A stretch of 61,747 nucleotides of DNA, the filler included, from Sphacelaria rigidula (taxonomy: Eukaryota), in assembly GCA_964200075.2 (NCBI GenBank). It is 5 parts of 5 records of this genome, joined end to end, with 100 filler letters (N's around TTAATTAATTAA, not from the genome) between each part and the next. Parts side by side here need not be neighbours in the genome. Positions count along the whole stretch, not along the records: positions 49,480 to 61,747 come from CAXNAA020003944.1; 4 more parts are not named here. One strand, written 5' to 3'. The notes below the pieces were generated by a model that ran no database searches, had not been told where the DNA came from, and was given only the letters and a program-made list of their open reading frames with translations. Position numbers and translations under genes: made by a program. Positions 51,175 through 61,747 of this stretch are shown one piece after another (position 1 is the stretch's first letter; each line of letters starts with the position of its first letter).

Positions 51175-51484
51175 CGATCGCTACGGTGGCTCAGTCGGTA
51201 TCCTTGAAACCCCCTGACGATCGGGACGTGGGTTCGAATCTCGGTGAATTCACACGATTTGGAGGGGTTTCCTACACCATGCCCGACAGTAGAGGGTGGC
51301 TACGTCGTGGGTGCACAAAGTTTGACTTTATGGTCGACGAGGGGAAGGGACCACCCCGCAGAAGGAAGGTGTAGGTTAGAAAAAACTCCGGCGTTGATTT
51401 TCCTCCTGTGCGACCTGGCTGATACGTTGACATTTACCGAAAGGTGTACTGACGTCCACAATGGATGCGATGACAACACACACA
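51175..51484 (+). mobile_element. SINE family A, full length
   Basis: A-box TGGCTCAGTCGG, B-box GGTTCGAATCTC, shared body, and tail gacaacacacac. Confidence 0.8.
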
Positions 51485-51629
51485 TGACCACACTTCTCCC
51501 CTTCTACAGTTTTCTTCAGAGAGTGGTTCCCTTCCGATTACCTTGGGGACGCCCATGTTGTAATCACGGCTGCATCCCTCATTTACCTCGAGAACAATCA
51601 AAATCAACGTGCGAGAAGTACCAACAATA

Positions 51630-52157
51630 CGAGCTGGGCTGGCAGTAATACCTGGAAACCATGGACCCACCACAACTTCGTCAGGTTCCCGAATCAGCCC
51701 GATTTCAGCATATCGCAGTGAGCTGCAGCCCTATCTCGTAACATACAGCTCCGCCGCTGCTCGATTGGCACATTTTTGGCGATGACGTTACGTCTCATAC
51801 CGTGGCGTGATAGTGTGTTTAGACCACTCGCTGAAGAAAAGTACCGAGTTTTTACCCGAAATTTTACCAACATCTTCTGAACGCAGGTAAAAGCAAAGTG
51901 TTGCGGGATACGCCGGGGTTTTTTTATATATTTTTTCATAAAGTTATGACATTTTCTATCTTTTTGCTGAACTTTCGAACCGCCCTAACTTTTTATTAAT
52001 ATTATTCATCATTCATTATTATTTCTTCATATCCCTCGACATGTTTCGCGTCTTGACGATAAAAATGTCTTGTCAAAACTTCAGCGCTCAGCTCCTCAAA
52101 TTCAGCGTGGCGTCACCTCTCTTCCGAAAAAAAAAGTATGTTGACCGGCCCAGCTCG
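51630..52157. mobile_element. Tc1/mariner-like MITE with the same terminal motif
   Basis: TA|CGAGCTGGGCTGG ... CCGGCCCAGCTCG|TA. Confidence 0.7.
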
Positions 52158-52197
52158 TACTTGTAATGAGTCTACGCGGTGCGGCAGGTTAATGCAG

Positions 52198-52280
52198 ATG
52201 GCACGAACAGACCAGATGAGACCATCAACAGCCTGGACGACACGCGATGTTTTCACATCAAGCGTATCAATCAAGTGAAG
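52198..52280 (+). CDS. Candidate exon of an unidentified protein (DGTNRPDETINSLDDTRCFHIKRINQVK)
   Basis: aatgcag|AT GGC ACG ... GTG AAG|gtatat. Codons are rich in third-position G/C, and the exon sits in unique sequence between repeats. Confidence 0.4.
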
Positions 52281-53999
52281 GTATATTCAGCCCGGTGTGC
52301 TTCATTTTCAGCGGTGTTTTCGAGTGAAGTATTCAGCTGTATATAGTGTTGAATATCGAACCACCCATCAGTTCGAAACGACATCGTCTTTTTCAGCGCT
52401 TGGTGTTGATAAATGTCGATTAATTTCGGCTAAGCGAAAGTACGAGCGTACCCGAGTCCGCTCGCTGAGCAAGCCCCAAACAAATCCTCCCGGCTGGCAA
52501 GGGGGCCCCGCGGAAGGCGCCGCCGAAGGCAAGAAAAAATGGGCTATTTGGCTTCGTTTCTCGTAAAAATTGGCCTACTGTAATCACGGCCTCCCAGCCC
52601 AGGAGAAAAAAAAGCGTCCGGGTTTGACTAATCCCATCGATCACTACGGCGTCATTCATCTTGTCCGCAAGAATAGGAGTAAATTTGGACCACATGAAAA
52701 AAACAGGATATCCGCGAGCAGGTTCGAAAAAAAAGCATCCCAAACACTACTCGGATCATTTCAAGTAGAGTAAGGTGCATAAAACACAGGATTTCGCAAT
52801 TGCGGATGGATTTGTTTTCCAGCATGATGACCGTTGGGAACCGTCATGAGAATCGAAATGTTTTCGAGGAAAATGCAAACGCGCTCTCCGGCCGTGATGC
52901 GTAGCCGCGGGTATCCCAAATAAAATGCATCTGCACTCTGTAAAACCCCGTGCTAACAGGGGATTCTGAGAAATGGAAACGACTTTCTCGCACAGAAAAA
53001 AACGGAGGTCGAAATATTTGGAATAAAAAACGGGTTTTTACATATTGCTGACTTTTCAAGTGAGCGAGACCGCACATCACGGCCGGATAATACATTTGCA
53101 TTTCCCCCCGGAAGTATTTGGATGCTCGCTTGTCAACATTCTCAAGGCTCATTCTAAAAATAAATCCATCTGCAATTTGTGAAACTCCGATGTTATAACA
53201 GGAAAAAACGAGCACGTGCCATTACGTAGTATAATTATACCACATGTACTCTTATTTTGAGCAGAAATCAACACAAAAATAGGTCAATGGAGGGCATGAC
53301 GGCGCCCTGGGCACCTCCGTATTGAAATAAATATGCGACCATTGTGCCCATAATATTGGCGCTCAACTTGAAATACAGTGTTTGAAACATACACTACGCG
53401 AGCCCGGAGACATCAGAGAAAAACTTGAGCGCACAAAAAAAAAGCAAACATGAACGATGAAAACGGAAAGTCGAAGGGGAAAGAAGAGAGGCATAATTGG
53501 CACATAATAACGATCAGAGGTGTGATAATTTGGCTCACCTCACACAGATCGGGGTAACTCAAAGGGAAAGAAATATGTATAGGCCTTTTCTTCCGGCTTG
53601 TTTTTTCCCCTCGTATTCTGTAAATAAATAATGAGGAAAAAATACAAGATGCCTACTTACGATTTGTTTCTTCACAAGATTCTCGAGAAAAAAAATACAA
53701 GACGAGGGAAAAATTTCGAAATGGGATCTCCTGGCTTGTATGTTTAAAAAAAATATGAGACGATATCGACTTGTATTCTTCTCTCGTACTCTTCATTCGC
53801 GGCGCGGCGAGACTACCAACGCCCGTCAGCCCTGAAGATGTTTGTGCCCTTCCATATCTGCGGGGCTCTCCTGACAGCAATGTCGAACATCCCCAGCGCC
53901 GTTTACACACTAGACCAAACTTTGGTTCGCCATCCCAGCGCACGCGAGATGCCGCCAGGGGTTGATGATCTATTGGCATAGACCGTGCTCTCGAAAACT

Positions 54000-54570
54000 T
54001 GCAGCGCAGACAGTACCCAGCGCAGAGATTACAGGATAATTTCTGTGCTGTCTCATGCGATGAGTTGTAGCGGTCAGTTTGCACACAACAGTTGTACGCA
54101 CGGCTGCAGTGAAAATGATGCGCACAACGTGAGATATGCGGACAAAGTGCAATACAGACAACACTAGGCAGTACTGTACTGTCTGCACTGCCGCATTGAA
54201 CAGTAGGATTCACATGCCATGCTGCACCCAACGGCTGCCGAAAATGATCTGGACAACGTGCAGTGCAGACAGTACAAAGCTTGTACTGCCGCATTCAACA
54301 GTACAAGATCAAATGTTAGTTTGCCAGCAGTGTACAACGGTTGAAATTAATATGATGTGGACAACGTGCAGTACAGACATGACTAAGCAGTATCGTACTA
54401 TCCGTACTGCAGCATTCGGCAGTATACATGCGCACATGTCAGGTTACCGACGGCAATATACGACGGCTGCACTAAAATTGATGTGGAGGAGTGCGGTACA
54501 GACTACTGTCTGTACTGCCGCATACGAGATACGGCAGTACAGGATGAAGATGTCAGTTTGCACACAGCAC
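54000..54570. repeat. Diverged ~110-bp tandem repeat, about 5 units
   Basis: Recurrent gtgcagtacagac...gtactgccgcatt...atgatgtggacaac. Confidence 0.75.
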
Positions 54571-54777
54571 GAGCTGGGCCCGCAGCGATCGGGGGAGGTC
54601 TATGTTTCACGCATTCCTACACCAACACAGGAAGCTCGGCATGGCGAAGTCTTGAGGTCTTTGTACCTCGCCTTGGAGTGCACACCCCATTGGAATCCGC
54701 TGACCGTATTTTTACCTTTGGGACCTCCTACACTCTGGACAATGGACACAATAATATTCTATTCCTTCAGCAATAGA

Positions 54778-55245
54778 CACGGGGGTGAACCTATCGATAT
54801 ATATATATTATCGAACACGATAGATGGTGAAACACATCTATTGACATGTATTGCAAGGGACAAAAGATGTTGCAATAGTCAATCGATAGCCTATGGCAAC
54901 TACAATAGGTATAGATCACTCGCCATCGATGGAAATCGTGTACCGCAATAAATTCTGGGATGTATATATCGATAGCCATCGCCGTAATCAATAGGTTTGG
55001 TGAGACATCTATCGATAGTCATTGCCGTATCAAAAGGTTTGGTGAGCTATCCATCGGTAGTGATTGCCGTCATCTATAGATTAGGTGAGCCATCTCTCAA
55101 TGCCCTTACTGTCATCTACAGATTAGGTGAGCCATTTATCAATGCCCTTACCGTCATCAATAGATTTGGTGAGCCATTTATCGGTTGCCTCTGCCGCCAA
55201 TAATGCATTTTTGGGTATCCATCAATATGGTCATTGCCGTGAACA
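54778..55245. repeat. ATCGAT-rich repeat with a ~38-bp tandem unit; homologs at 49555-49790 and 57470-57860
   Basis: Unit atcgatagtcattgccgtcatcaatagatttggtgagccatct; shared block gatcact.gccatcgatgga.at.gt.tac.gcaata.attctggga. Confidence 0.75.
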
Positions 55246-57890
55246 CGCAACTACCTGAGGCGATAGCTGGCCATACAGGCTGGTTGACGCCCATCATCCA
55301 AAATTGTGTCATCAGCAAATACCTTTCGCAACATCTACTCAAAAGGCGTATACATTTCATCATACTGACCGCCATGGACAGCTGACGAGCGTGACATAGC
55401 CGGATTTGTGGGTAAGGTCATAGGGGTAGCGCTAACGGCGAAAAAGTATATCGACCAATCAGCACCCGTCAAATTGTTCCGAGATCGAAATTACGAATTC
55501 CAAGCCCCAATTTTCACCCAATCTCTACGAGTACATGCTTCAATTCGTAGTAACCGCCATCGGCTCGGTAATCTAACGAAAAACAACATATTTCAAGACG
55601 GTTACTACGGGGGTCGAATTATAACCGAAACCATGACGTTTCGGTGATGTCGGATGTTGGCGTCGCCTGATTTCTACTAATGATACGCACGAAAACCCAG
55701 GGAGCCTTGTGACGGTGTCCACTATATCTGTTGTAGAAAAGCTCAGATCGCCCTCAAACTTGGCAGTTCCGTAGGTATACATGCTCAAAATGGAAAGAAA
55801 ATGTTTCCTTCAAAAGATTCATAATTTCTCCGTTCTCTACCGGCTTCTGGGGGTCCCAGTATGAAGACCCCCGAAAGGCGGTACAGAATGCCCCAAAAGA
55901 AAAATAATAAAATGAAGCGGCCCGGAGGTAGTCCAAGGAACATATGTACAAAGTTTGGTGGAGACACTCGAAAACCTCATGCAGTTTTTTTTTACGTGAA
56001 ATTCACCGATAAAGACGTTTTTGTACTAAAACCAAGTGGTTGAGAATTGTACGTTCTAAGCCCACGTCCTCCACAAACGCGCAAACCTTCACGCCGTTAT
56101 TAGGAGCTAGACCCTGAAACATGCTATGTGTCATTACGCAACTTTCTATGGACGAGTTTTTTTTTTACTTCTCGAGTTTTTCGCCGTTTTTCGGGGGTCC
56201 GACGGGATCCGAGTCGTTTTTTGCAGTAGTCTCCATTTTAGGACCCCGGAAAACGGGCGCTACGATTCTTTTCAATTTTTCCGCGAACGAGCTGTCGCCG
56301 CATAACCCAAGGAAGGGTCCCACAAAATTTCGTCGCAAATCTTGATCAACTAATGCTTGAATTTTCATGTTCACGTCAAAGAAGGCTCAAAAACGCCGTT
56401 TTCGTACTCAAATCAAGTAGTGTGCGGCACGGCAAAGTTTATCGCACAAAGCGAAAAACCTCACGCTGTTTTAAAGAGATGGACCCTGAAATTTTGCTCA
56501 GCTATACTATGGGTCACAACGCAACTTTGGATGAACAAGGTTTTTTCGGGGGGGGGTTGCCGTTTCACGGGGGTCCGATTGGATCGATGTTTCCCCCAAA
56601 AAACTGGAACCCCCCAAAAAACTGGAACCTTCGAAAGTTGCGTAATGACCCATAAAATATCTGTGCAAAATTTCAGGGTCTAACTCCTTAAAACGGCGTG
56701 AGGTTTTGTCGATGAGTGTTTTTCGGGTGATTAGCGTAAACCAGCCTGTAGCTTCTGTGGAATAAGGTGGAAACATACATTGAAAAATGTGCATACATAG
56801 CGCTAGTGATCGACGCCATTCAACTACTTTTGTGGTCAGCAATAGATATTGGTGGCCGCGATTCAGATAATACTGTGACGCTCAATAAACATTGGTGGGC
56901 GCAATTTAGATCCTATTGTGATTAAAAATAGATATTGGTGGGCGCAATTCAGAGCCTTTTGCAACAAATAAAATGTATCGATATAGACAACTTGGCCCCT
57001 CCATTGTCACGGCAATGATGCATTATGTCTCTTGTCCCAAATCTATCGTCGCCTACAAGAGCGATCGATAGACATTGATGCCAGTCGACAATGGCTGACA
57101 ATGAACATTGACAGTCAATTTTTGGGCTATTGCAGCGCTAATGTTCGATGAAATACCCTTTTGTCCAGGGTATAAGCATATCTCATACACACAAAAGTAC
57201 TGTAAGCGCTCTTGTCCATCAGAGGGACAACCATAAGTACCAACACCACACCAGCAACAACACTTGTGAACTTTTGTCCACACATATTGCGGATTTTGAG
57301 AAGATACAAGCGTTCCAGAATTGTAGAAACGTGACGTCATATATTCACAACTAGTATAATTATATAGCCACTGCATGTCCACCGGGGCTTCTCTACTGTA
57401 CCTTAACGGAGTATAATATGTTCTATACGTAGTATGTTGCGATATAGGTGTGGCAATAGACGACAGAGAATGTCTATCGGTAGACATCGTATACCACAGT
57501 AGATTCTGGCATTAACATGTATCTATCGATAGTCATTGCCGCCATGCATAGATTTTATACGCAATTTATTAATAGCAGTTGCAGTCATCAATATATATAT
57601 ATATATATTCATATATATGGTATACAACGTGTCAATAGCCATCGTCATCAAGAGATTTGGCACGCAGTCTGTCGATAGTCATTGCCGTCATCAAGAGATT
57701 TGGAAAGCTATCAATCGAAACAATTTGGTCAGTCGCAATAGATTTCGGTGTAGGGCCACAGCAGACTGCTGCCGGACGAAAGTGTGGAAAACTGGTCTAT
57801 CATTAAACATTGCCGACGACAACAGAAAGAGAAACTTGCCGATCGATGGCCATTACGGACGACAATATTGACATCTACTGCAGCAGATTC

Positions 57891-58422
57891 CAAGGTTGTG
57901 TTCTGTAGGGTACGGTTTTCTGTATACCCGGGGTATTTTGACGGGTATTTACCGTATCCGACAGTTCCGTGACTTCTGTAAGACTTTCATACCGGTACCC
58001 GACAGTTCTGTAATCTCTGTAAGACTTTCATACCCTTACCCAATAGTTCTGTAATCTCTGTAAGACTCCCGTACCGTTACCGGGGGGCACGGGTACGCTC
58101 CTGATAAGATACCTGATTGCGGGTACGGTTTTCTGTGCAACCAGCACACCCGTACCGACAGTTTCTGTGAGTTCTGTAAGCCTCCCATACCCGTACCGAC
58201 AGTTCTGTGAGTTCTGTAAATAATTTTTACCCTAACCCGAGGGGCGGATATGCCCTGAAAGAGTTACCCGATTGCCGGTACTGGTTTTCTGTAAGCCTCC
58301 CCTACCGTACCGGTACCCGACAGTTCTGTGAGCTCTGTAAGCCTCCCATACCCCTACCCGGGGTTCGGGTATACCGCTATAGATATACCCGATTGCAGGT
58401 ACGAGCACAGGTACATACCTTG
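57891..58422. mobile_element. ~535-bp internally repetitive TIR element, copy A
   Basis: Starts CAAGGTTGTGTTCTGTAGGGTACGG and is built from ccgacagttctgt(a/g)ag..cataccc.ta motifs. Confidence 0.7.
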
Positions 58423-59059
58423 CGGTGGTACGTATATAGGTTCAACCCAAACATAACCTCATGGCCTGAACGTGTACCTCCCATCGATCAACCCACCTAA
58501 CTCCTTCATTCAAAACTGCGCACCAATAATAATTAAATGTTGAAAAGTTCTTCAGCTTGGGATCTGACGGGATACGAGGTACCGCTGAGTGGGAACACTA
58601 AACATGAGCAGCACTGCAGACCGTCAGGATCAATCACCCCCAGACTAGCGAGTGGTGGCTCCAGCGGGGGTGGTTCATCTGCGCCACCAGAGGATCATGT
58701 AGCATGACGCACATCATCGACGTTGATGGTGGTTGTGTCGTGGTCATCAAACCCCAGGTCGTCATCGATATGTACAGCACAGAGTATATGAGCTGCCACC
58801 GAAAGTCGTCAAGGCCGTAGTCGATTTGTCGCGTGCCGAAGGGCTTGCAGAGAACGGGCAGCCGTGAGTGCTCCTTCATGTACTCTCTGGGAGTGTACGT
58901 GAAACCGATAGATGTTGACAACCCATGTACTGCTGCGATTGTTCGTGCCGTCTTTCTCTATCAACCCCGTGAAAGCCGTTCAGAGTTTTCGTGAACTGTC
59001 ATCTGCATTTCGCCTCTGTTGTAGTGACGTAGGTCCCACCGTAGGGGTGATGATATCAC

Positions 59060-59597
59060 CAATGTCGTGTTCTGTAGGGTACGGTTTCCTGTATACCCGG
59101 GGTATTCTGCCGGGTTTTTTCCGTACCCGACAGTTCTGTAAACTCTGTAAGCTTTCCATACCGGTACCTGACAGTTCTGTAATCTCTGTGAAACCTTCAT
59201 ACCCGTACCCGATGGTTCTGTGAGTTATGTAAGCCTCCCGTACCGTTACCGGGGGGCACGGATATGCTCTTGATAAGATACCCGGTCGCGGGTACGGTTT
59301 TCTGAGCAACCTCCCTACCGTGCCCGACAGTTTCTGTGAGTTATGTAAGCCTCCCATACCGTTACCCGATAGTTCTGTGAGCTCTGTACAAAAACTTTAC
59401 CCTAACCCGAGGGGCGGGTATGCCCTGAAAGAGTTACCCGATTGCCGGTACCGGTTTTCTGTAAGCCTCCGGTACCGTACCCGACAAGTTCTGTATTTTC
59501 TGTAAGACTTTCATACCGGTCCCCGACAGTTCTGTAAGTTCTGGAAGGACTCACATACCCCACAGAACGTACCCGTACCTTACAGAACACAACCTTG
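59060..59597. mobile_element. ~535-bp internally repetitive TIR element, copy B
   Basis: Direct homolog of copy A; ends ccgtaccttacagaacacaaccttg, the reverse complement of the copy A start. Confidence 0.75.
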
Positions 59598-60673
59598 AAA
59601 GGTTCGGTATTCGCACATACGTCCTGGACATCGTGTCAGAATTTAATCGAAAACAATCCGAAATGGAGCGAAGAAAATGCGTTTCAACATGCCTGGTGGC
59701 TTCTTGGGCGGCGCAGCTCGTAGCGGTATTTTTTCTTCGTAATCTTTTTGCAAAATACGATGGGAAAATACCAGGAGTCTACACGTTACACGTGCACCAG
59801 CGTTACACTTTACGTTCACGTTACGTTATGGCCGAAACGTAACGTGAGCGTTAATCTTTTTTACGTGATGAACGTAACGTTAAATTTCCAAATGAAAAGT
59901 GAACGTAACGTTAATTTTTTTAACGTGACATACGTAACGTGACGTGAACGTTAAATTACCCAAATGTTCAAATCACGTAATATGACACGCTTCATGTAAC
60001 ATATAACGTCTATTACACGTTACGCGTGCAATAGACGTTACACCTCACACGTTACGTTACATGTTAACTTACACGTTATATGAAACATTATGAACACGGG
60101 TGCGTTTGAATGACCATGGTATAGGTATGGTACTATTGCAGCAATTTCGTGCTCTCCCCACCCCACCTCACATTCCAAGTTATCGTTGCAGTACTGCATC
60201 ATAGCGTCATAATCATCTCGACCACATTCAAGGCTACTTCGCATGTATAAAAAACGCGTTGTCAGCAAAGCCGTTTTTCAACAGCGAAATTTTCCACATA
60301 ATTATTCAAAGTAGCTCTTCTTGCGTGATCGACGCACTGTCAAAATTGGAAACGCAGTGTTGATAGTTTTCTATGAGGTGCGCGGGCATAATTTCAAATT
60401 CTGGGGCGCGCGAGAGAGATGCAGCACTCTGCTGCCGTGTCGTGGTGTACGGTCCGTACTGACTGTCTGTACTACTGTGATACATTGCCTGAGCAATACA
60501 TGGTGGGCTGCGTGACGCAAGACGACTAAAATACGAACACCGCCTTGCTGTACTTACTGGCTGTAGAAGTGACGATTGTTCTTTTTCACTGCACGGTAGT
60601 ACTTGACTGAAAAGACAGCACGGGCAACAGTACACACAACAGTACTGTGTTGTATGCATTGGCTGTAGTGATG

Positions 60674-61585
60674 GCTTGGCTGCCATCACCACTGCTGTCG
60701 CTGGTGCTCGCGGGCAGTCAGCGTGTTGCGTCATTGTCCTTCAATTGCCAGTAGCGTGATGGCCCTTACTCCCATGAGAACAGAATAGGGCAGGGTCGAT
60801 GACGAACGCTGTACAGACACTCTGTGTGTAGTTTGCACAGTATTGTAGCTCAGTTCAGGTCTGTGCATGCAGCTTGTTGAAAGCAGCACTCGAATACAGT
60901 ACAGACTGCCTAAGCACCCAAGCCCTGTAGACACTACGGCAGTAGCACTGCTTAAACCAATAGAACTGAGGATTGTACGTGAACAATGGTTGGTACTCGA
61001 TTTTACTTAATTTTAGACTGAACAAAGTTCTAAGAAAATTCATGGTCTGGGGCAGGTGAGCAGCGGACCCAGCTCGTCCCGAACGTGTTTTGGTTCAAAA
61101 TCGGCTGAATGGCGTCGATTTGAGCTCTGGCAACGCACACTTTGCCTTGGGAACACTCTGCACCCCCTTGTCCGAGGGTTCTCCGTATGCCTTGGTCGGG
61201 GTTAGGGTTAGGGTTAGCGTTAGGGTTGGCGGCATCTCCATAGTACCAACCATTGTTTACGTACAAATCCTCAGGTCGCCTCGCTTTTACTGTGGTCTTA
61301 TGTGTACAGTTAGCGCGGTCCTGTCTCTACAAGTCTTGGGTGCGTGGGCAGTCTGTACTGCATTGCGAGTGCTGTTCGCAACACGCTGCTTGCACATACC
61401 TGAACTGAGATACTACACTGTCTGTGCAAACTACACACAGAGTGTTTGTACAGCACTCGTCATCGACCCTGCCCTATGCTGTTCATGGGGTAAAGGGCCA
61501 CCATGATACTGGCGAGCGAAGGACAATGAAGCAACACGCTGACTGCCCGCGAGCACCAGCGACAGCAGTCGTGATGGAAGCCAAG
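60674..61585. mobile_element. Foldback element with ~260-bp arms enclosing a MITE family T copy
   Basis: 60674-60932 is a diverged reverse complement of 61323-61585. Confidence 0.8.
60966..61274. mobile_element. MITE family T (~310 bp, ~32-bp TIR, internal TTAGGG tract)
   Basis: ctgaggattgtacgtgaacaatggttggtact ... agtaccaaccattgtttacgtacaaatcctcag, with gggttagggttagggttagcgttagggtt at ~61198-61227. Confidence 0.8.
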
Positions 61586-61747
61586 ACACCATGGCTGCTG
61601 TCGTGGGCTGGAGGGTGTGTTGGGGTGCGCCGGGATTTCAAATGCATTTTAAATAACGTTTTCCGATAATGAGCCGCGACATGCACAGAATGAAACGTTA
61701 CATTCGAACGTTACACGTGTCAACGTAACCTTATATTAGACGTTACA

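Noticed and set aside
54136..54951. Longest ORF in the track (271 aa) and its antisense 213-aa ORF
   Set aside because: It runs across a tandem repeat and an ATCGAT repeat. The Cys/Thr-rich translation reflects the DNA repeat.

Overview
This is eukaryotic DNA, most likely from a brown alga (Phaeophyceae). That call is an inference from the long repeat-filled introns, the brown-algal-type Zn2Cys6 gene and the repeat types. The window is not one locus: it holds five unrelated contigs of about 12.27 kb (1-12271, 12372-24641, 24742-37011, 37112-49379, 49480-61747), joined by artificial N44-TTAATTAATTAA-N44 linkers. Almost all ORFs in the supplied track are spurious, and the real genes appear only after splicing by eye. 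(1) A minus-strand acireductone dioxygenase (ADI1/mtnD) has 4 exons visible, lacks its first exon, and needs a GC-AG intron. (2) A minus-strand Zn(II)2Cys6-type transcription factor has 4 phase-compatible exons; the first half of its zinc cluster was not found, and a decayed RTE-clade LINE lies upstream. (3) A few orphan exons encode proteins I cannot identify. The rest is mostly non-autonomous mobile elements: a tRNA-derived SINE family, Tc1/mariner-like and piggyBac-like MITEs, two TIR families carrying telomere-like TTAGGG tracts, foldback elements, mini- and microsatellites, and a possible decayed intron-containing transposase. I found no CRISPR array, rRNA or intact tRNA, and no clearly new multi-gene system. 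The best leads are the TTAGGG-carrying TIR elements, the Zn-cluster gene and the unclassified transposase-like remnants.
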